DNA of 64,000 bases from Paragordius varius (Eukaryota > Animalia > Nematomorpha), in contig OZ176054.1 of assembly GCA_964247055.1 (NCBI GenBank), forward strand, positions 6,944,001 through 7,008,000, in the 5' to 3' direction. Made by a program: the position numbers and the translations under genes. Shown piece after piece: positions 1 through 11,029 of this stretch (positions are counted from its first letter, which is position 1; each line of letters opens with the position of its first letter). The notes below the pieces were generated by a model. It was not told where the DNA came from and ran no database searches. It saw only the letters and a list, made by a program, of their open reading frames with translations.

Positions 1-1159
1 AATAAAAAACTATATCATGTTTTTATTGATTTACAAAGGGCCTTTGATTGTATCCCCAGGAAGTTGATCACATCCACACTACGAGCCAATAATGTAGATG
101 ATTGGATAATTAAATCAATAGAAATGATGTACTACAAAACAACAAACTGCGTCAGATTAACACTAGGTAACACAGCTTTTGTTCCAAATGAATCTGGTCT
201 TCATCAAGGCTCCATCCTAAGCCCTCTACTCTTCATTTTAATAATGGATTACCTAACAAAAGATATAAAACAAGGCCCACCATCGGAACTTATCTATGCG
301 GACGACATTGTCCTCACCGCAACATCAATGGAAGCATTAAATCAAAAGTACAACACATGGAAATCACACTTAGAAAAGGGTGGAATGAATATAAATATAA
401 GCAAAACAAAGGTAATGATAACGGGTGAAACTGTATATGAACAACCTAAGTTTCCATGTGGAGTATGTGATAAAGTGCTCGCTTATAAAAGGGAAACTAA
501 TCAATAATGACAAATTTATATGTGAATCATGTAAAAATAAAACAATAAATCACTCATCCACTTCCCTAAATTACGTTTATATGGCAGACACCAAAATCGA
601 ATTGGTGAATAATTTCAAATACCTGGGTGATGTCATACATTGCCTAGGTGGAATAAACCAATCAGTTAAATATAGATCCCAACAGGCTTGGGTAAAATAT
701 CATCAACTTAAATTTGTCCTCAAAAATAAACACATATCAGCAAAAAACAAAGGTTTGATTTACAAAGCCGGCATACGTCCCATACTCCTGTATGGTTGCG
801 AAACGTGGCCGATGACAGATTCAATCGAGAAAAAACTAATGAACTTAGAAAAACGGATACTAAATTTATTCCAACCCAATAAGTCAAATTCAAATTTACA
901 TCAACTCTACCAAATTGAACCTTTAAATGTCATGCTCAGAAAAAATAGGCTCAGATATTTCGGACACATCAAACGTGCTCCAGAACAATGGACAAATAAA
1001 ATTTTATCCCTACATCCCGAAGGTAACAATCGCAGGGGCAGACCAACATTCAACTGGGAAAAAACAATAAATAATGATTTAAGTGTTGCCAACATTGATG
1101 ATAACGCCTGGCAGGATCGCAAATATTACAGACAGCTTCTATACGGATACAATGGCTAG
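1..1159 (+). pseudogene. RTE-like non-LTR retrotransposon, reverse transcriptase C-terminal part, frameshifted; 5' part lies outside the window
   Basis: Frame +1 from base 1 reads FIDLQRAFD, then GLHQGSILSPLLF and YADD (ORF 64..507). ORF 425..1159 continues with FKYLG, ILLYGCETW, RLRYFGHIKR and RGRPTFNWEKTI, typical of the RTE C-terminus. One frameshift near 475. Confidence 0.92.
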
Positions 1160-1474
1160 CCATTACACAAAGACGATACGACGACACAAACTTATAATAC
1201 AGCCCATGGTTAAGGTGACCAGACGTCCCGCTTTTTCACACTTTGTCCCGCGTCCCACTACGTTTTTAAAATGTCCCGCTTTTTCACGATTATATAAAAA
1301 AAACTTTTTTTAATACAAAGTTTCTTTATCCGTTTAAATTTGATCATTAAATATCTTTAAAATCTATATAAATTTTAAAGTAAACTTTTTATTTTTAAAT
1401 TAAATTTTTTTATTTTTAAATTAAAAATATTTATTTTTTTCGAATTTATATCATATGATTATACACTTTCCCTC

Positions 1475-1712
1475 CTACTACTACTGTCATTATTATCAAA
1501 AGGCCAAGTTAATACCACAAATCTCTAGATTAAAAGACATTGAGACCACAAATCGGTACTTTACACGTTTATTCCAGAAAATTAAGGTAATATAATATTT
1601 ATTATACTAATATTTCAGTTTTACTACTTGCCACATTATCAAAAAGCCAAATTAATACCACAAATCGTTACCTTACACGTTTTTTTTCAGAAAATTAAGG
1701 TAATATAATATT
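1475..1712 (+). repeat. Imperfect tandem duplication (about 100-135 bp) in the hAT 5' region
   Basis: ATTATCAAAA..GCCAA.TTAATACCACAAATC and TACACGTTT..CAGAAAATTAAGGTAATATAATATT each occur twice (about 1490-1600 and 1635-1712). Confidence 0.75.
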
Positions 1713-1735
1713 AATTATAATAGTAGTTTATAAAT

Positions 1736-3543
1736 ATGATCACAAAAAGAGGTTGTAAATTCAACAATGAATTAATGAAAAATTTTCCTTTTATTAAAAA
1801 AACGAAGAATGAATCATCTGTTAAATGTCTTATATGCGAGGGGGAATCCACCCTAGCACATGGCGGCAAGCATGATATTACAAAGCATATGGAGACACAG
1901 AAACATAAAAAAATCTTTAGATATGGCGTCATCTTACAAAATGAGCGATTTTTTCGAAAAACCGCTTTTGGAGGGGAAGAAAAAAATTTGACACTAGCTG
2001 AGGGCGTGTTATCTTTTCACGCAGTTCACAATCATTCCTTTAGATCTATGGACTGTACCTCACAGGTTAGTCGCACTTTATTCCATAAAAAATTTACATG
2101 TGCCCGACAAAGGCTGAAGCCATTGAAATACAAAAAGATTTGCTGAAAATTAATTTCGTATCCCTATACTCTGATGCATCAAATCACCATGAAACAAAAT
2201 TATTTCCCACTTTAATAAGATATTTTGATTCAGAACCGGGAGTAAAAATTAAAATTTTAGATTAAAAATTTAAATCCGGTGAAATTCCGAAATAATATTT
2301 ACTTCAATAATGCATATTCTAGAAAAAAATAATTTAAAAGAAAAAATTATCGCATATTGCGCTGACAACACCAATACGAACTTTGGTGGAAAAGCGAGGA
2401 GGGGAACAAAAAATATTTTTTAATAAATTAAGAGATAATCTTAATCAAAACATTATTGACGTTGGGTGTGCAGCGCATATAATACACAACGCTATTCAAA
2501 CAGCTGCTGATTTGTTACCCCTAGATGTGGAAAATGTAGTTGTTAAAATATATTCTTATTTTTATATATACACGGTACGTGTTGAAAGGCTTAAAGAATT
2601 CTGTGAAAATGCAGAAGTCTAATATTAAAAAATGCTTGGTTATTGTAAAACTCGTTAATTAGCTTTTATGCCAGCTATCGAAAGAATTTTAAAAATGTAT
2701 GATCCTTTAAAATCTTTTTTTTATCACAGGCTTTAAAATTTTTTTCGAACGTGATTCTTCAAAAATATGGTTAGAATTCTTACATAATCAAGCTTCTCTC
2801 TTTCAAAATGTTATTAAATTTATAGAAATTTAGGCAATCGAAGTAGCCAATGAAGTTAGTAACCTAAAATTCCAATGTCAAGAACGGTTAGAAAATAATT
2901 TTATACCATTAACCATCCGCAATATAATAAATAACTTAGAAAAACAAGGCTTAATAAATCGCCAAAATATCCTGTACCATATAAAAATGTTTTATACAAA
3001 CTGTAAAGATTATTTGGAAGACTGGACGACGCAATTCAATGAAATTGATCATTTTCATTGGATAACATTAAAATCAGAATTTAATTGGTGCGATGTTCAA
3101 AATTCATTTGATTATATCTGCTCCCAAAAATTCTCAAAAAGTAATCTTTCAGATAACGATCTTTTTTCTGAATATCATTAGCTAAAAGATATATTAATAA
3201 TGAAAAAAACTTAAATTATGGACAAAAGAAAAACAAACAGTAGAAAAGAAATGGTTGGAAATATTTCATCATTTTGAAGCCAAATATATTACATACAATA
3301 ATTTTTTAAAAATTGTGGAATTCGCACTATCTTTACCTGGAACCAACGCTGCTACTGAGCGCGTTTTTTCCACAGTAAATCAGGTGTGGACATCGGAAAA
3401 ATTTAAATGTTGAAACTTTAAAAGCTGTTTTATCTGTTAAATATAATTTGAAAAATTCTTGTGAAGACTTCTACAATATTTTAAAAAATGATAACAATCT
3501 GCTAAAACGCCTTAACTCAAACAAAAAATATACCAAAGAATAA
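1736..3543 (+). pseudogene. hAT transposase pseudogene with multiple stops and frameshifts
   Basis: N-terminal zinc-finger-like KCLICEG...HGGKHDITKH, GCAAHIIHN (CxxH motif) and C-terminal dimerisation-like SLPGTNAATERVFS near 3330-3370. Broken into ORFs 1736..2146, 2383..2622 and 2987..3181. Confidence 0.9.
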
Positions 3544-3584
3544 AATATTTTTTTAAAATTTTTGTGTTAAAAAATAAACAAAAT

Positions 3585-4415
3585 TACTTAAAATATTGTA
3601 TAAATCTTCATAATCAAATTATATTTGAACACATAAAATGGCTTTTATTTAACATTTAAATTTGATTCCGTGTCCTTACATAATTTACTGTGGAAAAACG
3701 CGTTTAATAGCAGTGGTTCAGGTAAAGATAATGCAATTTCTATAATTAAAATATTATTGGGAACTTAATTTGTTCAAAAATGATTAATTTAAGCATTTCT
3801 ATCCTACGTATTTTTTTCTGTTGTCCATAATATAAGTTTTCATTCAATATATTTATTTAATAATGAGACTTCATAAAAAAGTGTCATTGTGCACCGTCTT
3901 GTCTTCCAAATAATCGTTTCTGTTTGTATAAAACATTTTTATATTCTGGCTATTCATTGAGCCTTGTTTTTCTGGATGCTTTATAATATTGCGATTAGGT
4001 AATGGTATAAAATTATTTTCTAACCTTTTTTGACTTGGAATTTTGACCTTTGTCCTGTGATAAAAAATAGGATTCTAGGAGATCACATTTTTATAAATAT
4101 TTCGATCGCTGGCGAAAGAGCTAACCAACAGTTCTACAATATCCAAGCATTTTAACATCTATATTTTCTACATCCAGGGGTAACAAATCAGTAGCTGTTT
4201 GAATAGCGTTGTGTATCTGCCAATAATGTTTTAATTAATATTATTCGCCAAATTGTTAAAAATATTTTTTGTGCCGCTTCTTGCATCACCCAGCGCACTT
4301 TGTGATGATTTCATCTTTATTATTTTTTTTCTAGAATATTACAAAAACTTCACCCTTTATTCGTGCACATGTAAATTTATTGAATAAGTTACAAACAACC
4401 TTTGAGGTACAATTT
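3585..4415 (-). repeat. Inverted, multiply deleted copy of the adjacent hAT transposase (matches about 2050-3490)
   Basis: Reverse complement contains ATACACAACGCTATTCAAACAGCT, GGTTAGAAAATAATTTTATACCATT, ATAAAAATGTTTTATACAAAC, GATTATTTGGAAGAC and TTTTTCCACAGTAAAT in the same order as the forward gene. Confidence 0.9.
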
Positions 4416-4747
4416 TTTTTATATTTATAATGTATTTGTGTTAAAAATAAATAAATATTACAATAAATTTTTTGTATAAAAATTTTTGATTGCATCCCCC
4501 AATGACCCCCCCCCCTTATCAGATTTGTCCCGCTTTTTCCTTCAAAAAATCTGGTCACCTTACCCATGGTGGACTTTAAGCCGCAAAACGTATGTAGATC
4601 AAGCACCATATGAGAGAAATAAACATTAAGATCAAAAAACAGCTGTTTTCGTATTTTAATTATAAGTTTTTTAGAAACGATTAACGTGGAATATGAATGT
4701 TTATTTTTAAGAAAACAAAACAAAACACATAAAGTATTAAAAGAGTA

Positions 4748-6545
4748 TATTGGAAAACGTGTTGGAACATTCGATTTCAAATATGACTTTTTTTGCTTAT
4801 TTTGATTGCGCCGAACATAGTCGGCCCGTTTTTTCAATTTAGGTCCTCTTTTTACCCGCTCCCCCCGTAAAATCCCATTTTTTTTAAAAAAAACTGTCCA
4901 CAAAAATATTTTTTTATTCTATATTGCCCAAGGTATGCGTAAAAATTCAAAAGGGATTCCAGATATTCCCTGTTAAAAGGCAAAAATTTTGGTCGAGCGT
5001 TTTTTTATATTGGGTGCTGGGTAAGGAGATACCCGCTAAAAACTGCCCCATCATATCAAAATAGCGTGCCTTTGGGGTAAATTTCAGAAAACCTAGCCAT
5101 ATAAGCTCAATAGGGTGCTTAAAATATTACCCCTAACAAGGCAAAATTTAGATCCTACGGTTTTTTTAAAATTAGTCGTTAATTAAGCCCTTCACGTCCT
5201 GAAAAATGCGCCACCATAAAATGATTTTTTAATTTTGAGGAATTTTTCCATAAACTAATGAGAGATGGAATCAATCATAATTCCAGGTATTCTTCGTAAA
5301 AAAACAAAAATTTTAATCAAGCGCTCTTTTTATATCAGCCTCTGGGTAGCGAGCTACCCGCCTAAAACTGCGCCACCACATCAAAATTGCGGTGTTTAAG
5401 ACTTAATTTTCAGAAAAATTATCAGCCCATATAAGTTTAATAAGGGCCTGAAATACTACCCTTAAGAAGGCAAAAATTTAAGTAAAGCTGTTTTTTTAAA
5501 TTAGCTGTTAATTAGGCCCTTTATGCCCTAAAAAATGCGGCATCATTGAACTAATATTTAGTTTTGAAGCCATTCTTCCACAAATTATTAAAAAGATATG
5601 GAATGAATGATGATTCCAGGTATTCCCCTATAAAGGCAAAAAAATTTATCGCCGTCTTTTTTATATTGGTCCGGGTACGGGGCTACCCGCCAACAACTGC
5701 GCCACCATATCGATACAGCGTGACTTTGGAGGCAAATTTTAGAAAACTTATCAGGTATGAGTTCAATAAGGGCATGAAATATTACCCGTAAAGAGACAAA
5801 AATTTAAGTGGAACGGTGTTATTAAATTACCCCTTTATTCGGCCCTTGCCCTGAAAAATGCGCCATCATAGAAAGACTTTTTGGTTTTTAGGCATTTTTT
5901 GAAAATTTTACTAGAGAATATGCAATCAAGCCTAATTCCAGGTATTACCCGAATTAAAGCCAAAATTTTAATCGAGCGTTTTTTTGTTTCACCCCTGGTT
6001 AGAGGGCTACCCGCGTAAAACTCGTCACCATATCGATACAGCATGCCTTTGGAGCCAAATTTCAGAAAACCTATGAGTCTAATAATATGGAATCCATAAT
6101 AATTCCAGATATTCCCCATATAAAGACAAAAAATTTGCCCAGCGCCTTTTTATACCTGTCCCTGGGTTAGAAGTACCCTCCAAAAACTGCGCCATTATAT
6201 AGAAATTGCGTTGTTTTGAGCTAAACAGAAAATTTATGAAGCCATATGAGCTCATTAAAAGCTTAAAATGTTTTTATTAGCCGTTTTGGGGCCATGCCCT
6301 CAAAATAAACATCATATAACGATTATTTAGTGTTGAGGTATTTTTCGAATAACCCACGAGATGATGATATCAAAGATGATTCCAAATATTTGCCCTATAT
6401 AGGCAAAGAATTTAACTCAGCGCTCTTTGCATATAGGTCTACAAGCAGGGGTCTACCGGTTTTAAACTGAGACGCCATACAAAAATGGCCTGGTTTTGGA
6501 GCTAATTTTCGAAAAACTTAAGAAACCATACGAGTTCAGTTAAAC
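4748..6545 (+). repeat. Dispersed repeat family A, copy 1, with internal degenerate tandem array
   Basis: Units start ATTCCA(G/A)(A/G)TATT near 4955, 5279, 5613, 5935, 6102 and 6382 (spacing about 325-335, one half unit, then about 280). Recurring AAGGCAAAAATTT and AAAACTGCGCCA motifs. Confidence 0.85.
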
Positions 6546-8924
6546 ACATTCTGGCGAGTTTGTATAATATCGATCATTCTTTCCTTTAAAAGGGGACCAC
6601 AAATGATTTATATGTGCCTTGATCCTAGCTATGTGAACACAATTTCAAAAATACTTTTAACCTTGATTTTGTAAAACTAAAATCTTAAAATATAAACAAT
6701 GATAATTGAGTATTAACTTTAATAAGGGACATTTAAAATATGGTCATTTCAAGTAAACATATTTGAGCCTATGCAAAAACCCGTAAAAGAATAAATAAAA
6801 ATATTCTGTTTATTAAATATTTTTTTTATTATTTTTATTATTACCTCTATTTATTGCAAATTATTAAGTATAATTATCGGTGAGACTACGTCACATCGAA
6901 GCGTGACAGGGACAGCTAGTAATATTATAAAAATATATGTTATTTTTCAAAACTATAACTTATTAGGGGAAAAATATTTAAGTGTGAATTTGAAATGTTC
7001 AAAGGGGATTCGAAACCTATGGGTGAAATGGGACACTTTCGGTGTTAAAATTTCTAAATTGAATTTACAGATCACGGGTGTACGGCCGCGAATTAAATTC
7101 TGTAATGTAAAATTTTTTGACAATTCAAAACATATTTTATGATTTAAAAATATGTTAAAAAAATTGTCATATTTATTATTAATTTATTAAACTCTGAAAA
7201 ATTTTACTAAATTCTATGAACACCATTGATTGTTCCTTGACTAAATCTTTTATACATACAGTTTTTTTTAATTTTTGCAAGGAAATAGCAAGCTCAGTCC
7301 TTACATGGTAAAATAAATTAAATTATTCACATTGTAATGTATTTTTTCAAAAATTATGTTTATATATTTATTGAATATCCGCCAGTTTTTGACTGGAAAT
7401 GAGGGTCATATGTGTTGGCTACTTATGTTCAAAAGCTTTTGAAGGACAGATTCATTTTTTGGTGTTATTGAATTATTTTTTCTGGGGCTTAAGGGGTTAA
7501 AAATTGATTTGGGTCATAACCCAAAAATCCAATTTATGAAACGCTTATAAAAATTTAGAAGAGAGAATTATTTTTTTATACATATTACGGTATTAGTGAT
7601 GATTTTTTTGCTAAGCGTAAGCACCTTTTCGTAAAGTAAATAGCAAAAAATATTTATTTAGTATATATGCGTTAAGTAAATATTATTCACATCATTTTTA
7701 CGTCATTATCATATATAATACATAACATTAACTGATAAAAACTTTCAATTTTGGGAAAAATTGATCAAACTTGATGATAAATTCGCCGCTTAAAACAAAT
7801 AACATCCAAAAACAACAATAATAATCATCAATCTTACAATTACTTTGTTTGTTTGACATCATAACCATAAAATTTCGTAACAAAACTTTACTTTTATCTA
7901 TCTACATGACAATTGCCTACATTTTGACAATGATGAATGATCCCGATTCTTTTTTAGGTATTATAATTTTTTTTAATCACCTTTTAAAAGTTATATATTG
8001 TATTTTTTCTTACCAATAATTATATATAAAAAATATTTTTATATTTTCGCTTAAAATCACTTTTATTAAAGAAGAATCGAATTTAGGCAGAATATCATTT
8101 TTCCCACAAAGTATTAAATCATCAGAACATGTCTATACAGAAGTTTTCCAACTTTCCAAGCCCTAATTATCCCCCTAAAATTAAGCTGAAACATTGGCGT
8201 TGCTCTCCAATAACAATATATATATATATATATATAACCAAAATAGGGGCTTCTTTTAAAGATTATTATAAAATGCTAGAACGAAAACCGAAACCTGTTG
8301 GAATTCTGAAACAATTGTAATATGAGATTAAAAATGCGCTACCGGGACAGATTTTGATTTGGAACCGTCAGAAACACGGCTTTTTAGATGTTTTTAAAAC
8401 ACAATTTAGGCGACAAAAAACACTACAATCAATAAAATGAAATTTACTGTCATTTGTAGGGTATAAACACTTTGAAATATATTTAATAAGCAAAATAACA
8501 GATGATTTAGGAAATTTAAATGTGAAAATTTAGAATTTTTAATCTTGCCAAGATTAAAGAATATTAATTGGATTTTTAGTAACATATTCAGATAATTGAA
8601 CGTTTTTAACATATAATGTTCGAATTATAAAATTACGTTAACACCGGATATCATTATATTGTGTAATCAAATATGACATACTACTTGCATTTTTATACAA
8701 TTTTATTTATTTATTTAGACACATCTTATTGAAATAGCATTATATTTGATTCAATAACTTTTATCTTTATTATGCATTGTTTTTATAAAATTCGAAAATT
8801 GATGTTCCTATATTTCTTTAGATAAACCATTTTTTGTTGCCGGTGTTTACCAAAACCGGTTCCATATTTTAAAAAACAGATTCTCGAACTGTTTATAAAG
8901 AGAGAATATGAAATTACTTTAAAG

Positions 8925-9208
8925 CAGTGGTCCCAAAAGAAGGGCGAGAAAGATTGGGATGTTTAATTAAAAAACAAAACTTAAAACATATTGAAAGATT
9001 TCAGCTGCGAATTAACAAAAATTGTCATCGATATGAAAAAAATATTTCAAAATGTGCTGATATCAGGATCTCATTGATTGGGATTTTTATAATATTATTA
9101 ATATAATATATTTTACTTTTTTATCTTGGGATTTTTTTGAGAAGGGAACCCAAGAATTTTTATTTTCAATTTGGTGGGGCGTTAGAAAAAATAGGTTGGG
9201 AATCACTG
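8925..9208. mobile_element. hAT (Buster/Charlie-like) MITE, 284 bp
   Basis: Ends CAGTGGTCCCAA / TTGGGAATCACTG. Exact 8-bp TSD CTTTAAAG at 8917-8924 and 9209-9216 with central TA. Confidence 0.88.
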
Positions 9209-9942
9209 CTTTAAAGCATTGCCAAAATATAGCAATAGTTACCCACTCCGGTTTTGGATTCATTAAATAATTTAATCACAAACTGCGATAAAATTACGGA
9301 CTTTTAGGGGGAGCGCGCGTATGGGCACGCGATACAAAAGGGTACTATTCGTTTTTTGTTTGTATTTGAGGTCTTTTCTATTTTTTGCGGGGGGGGGGGG
9401 GGGGGGGTTGGTATACAGTCGACCTCACATAAAACACCGAATGTGGGGTATAGTATTTACACAACTATAAAAAGATTATGGCTAAACCCAGAGCCCAATT
9501 TAATAATCTAAAAAGAAGCATGATGTGAGCTCATAAGTTATAAGGTTTTTAAGAAATTGGGGGGGGGGGTAATAGTTGAAGGGAAAGAATTCATACTATA
9601 ATTTATTTTACTCAATATTTGCAAAATATTTAAATAAATTCATATTTTTTTCTTTGTAGGTTATGGCCTTCTATATTTAACTTTTGATGCTTAACTAACC
9701 GAACAACCTCATAATACTTGCCAAACCACGTGGGAAATTAATTATGTATATAATAATGTAATAATAACTATATTTGTGAATAATTATAAATAAATATACT
9801 ATAAAGTATTGTATATTTGGCCCTTTTGCTATATATATTCAAGCCAAAATCAGGCCACTCAAATAAAATAGTTTATATATTCTTCGATTTGGGTTATGTA
9901 AATAAAATTGGGTATTATATCAATCAATTTTTTGATAGCATA

Positions 9943-10186
9943 CCATTTACTTTTCAAATTCATCCTTGTAATTAAAATTTACCCTAAAATAATGTGTTTC
10001 TTTTAAGATTAAAATTACCCAAATTTTTTTATATTTTAAAATTATAAAATTTTGTTTAAAATCAAAATAATACTGATAATAATAAACTATGCCATAAAAA
10101 TATATTTCATATTAATGATAAGTTATATTAACCCAAATCATAATTTATTTTTAGGGTGAATGTTCAAGGGTGAATATTGGAAATGG
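9943..10186. mobile_element. TA-flanked MITE family B, copy 1
   Basis: TA|CCATTT...AAATGG|TA ends; imperfect TIRs containing ACCCTAAAA / TTTTAGGGT; similar to copies at 26305, 30186, 32940 and 34395. Confidence 0.75.
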
Positions 10187-11029
10187 TATAATATACTATT
10201 TACACGGCTAAATTAAGAAGAGAATCCAGATATTTTGGAACCGAATGAAAATTTTTTGTACAGCTTTCATTCTTAATTTAAATGATAGGAAATACTTTGT
10301 ATAATTAATTATTTTGCCTCAAAATGGGTCCCTTAAATTTTGAGGGAATTGTATTAATTTATGGCTTACATATTCTTTTTATGTTGGGTATTCACTGTTG
10401 TCCTAAAATTTTAAAGTAATGTATGATTCAATACAAAAAAACAAATAAAAATTACGCAATCCTAATTTAAAACCGTTTAAAGTGGCGCGCACTTAAGACA
10501 AACTGAAGTGAACTCTGAGAATAACCTAATCAAGGGAAATAAACCTTATAAGCCTTTTTGATATTAAAAATACTTTTACATACAAAAATAAATATCTAAA
10601 AAATGAAGAAGAATATTTTTAATTTGTTAATATACATAGTGGTAAGGGGTACAAAAACTTTGCATTTTTTTTAAATTGCGACCCCAGAATCGACTTATAG
10701 AAAAATTATAGCAACGGAAATATAACAGAAAACTTTTTGTATATAATTTGTTAAAAAAACATTTTTTATATATTACTAGTGTAAATCTAGTGCTGCTACG
10801 CAGCCCGAGGAAGTCCTTCGGACTTCTGGGGGAGGGGGGGGACTATTTGAAAAAAAGGATCAATAAAATGATCCATATATGTGGATTATTTCGAAACATT
10901 ATTTAATAGTTATGATCTCATAGGATTTTCTAAATGTTGTATTCATACTAATATATTGTTTACTGGTGTAAAGGTTCCAAATTGACGGCTAACGGAAAAA
11001 ACCGCTATACTATTATTTTTACCTTTTTA

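Larger units (their letters stand above)
1211..4562 (+). mobile_element. hAT DNA transposon, defective
   Basis: Perfect 13-bp TIRs TAAGGTGACCAGA (1211-1223) / TCTGGTCACCTTA (4550-4562). Exact 8-bp TSD CCCATGGT at 1203-1210 and 4563-4570. Repeated subterminal GTCCCGC motifs at both ends. Confidence 0.95.

Noticed and set aside
474-483. GTGCTCGCTT resembling the U6 snRNA 5' end
   Set aside because: Only 10 nt and inside the LINE coding frame; no downstream U6 sequence.
4331-4903. 190-aa minus-strand ORF
   Set aside because: Crosses the hAT right TIR/TSD and repeat family A. Only its end echoes transposase (KFTCAR). A chance open frame; paralogous ORFs at 13916, 13998 and 63669 are likewise repeat-derived.
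4955-6545. CRISPR-like reading of the repeat array
   Set aside because: Units are long, degenerate and homologous along their length, with no unique spacers or cas genes; eukaryotic context.
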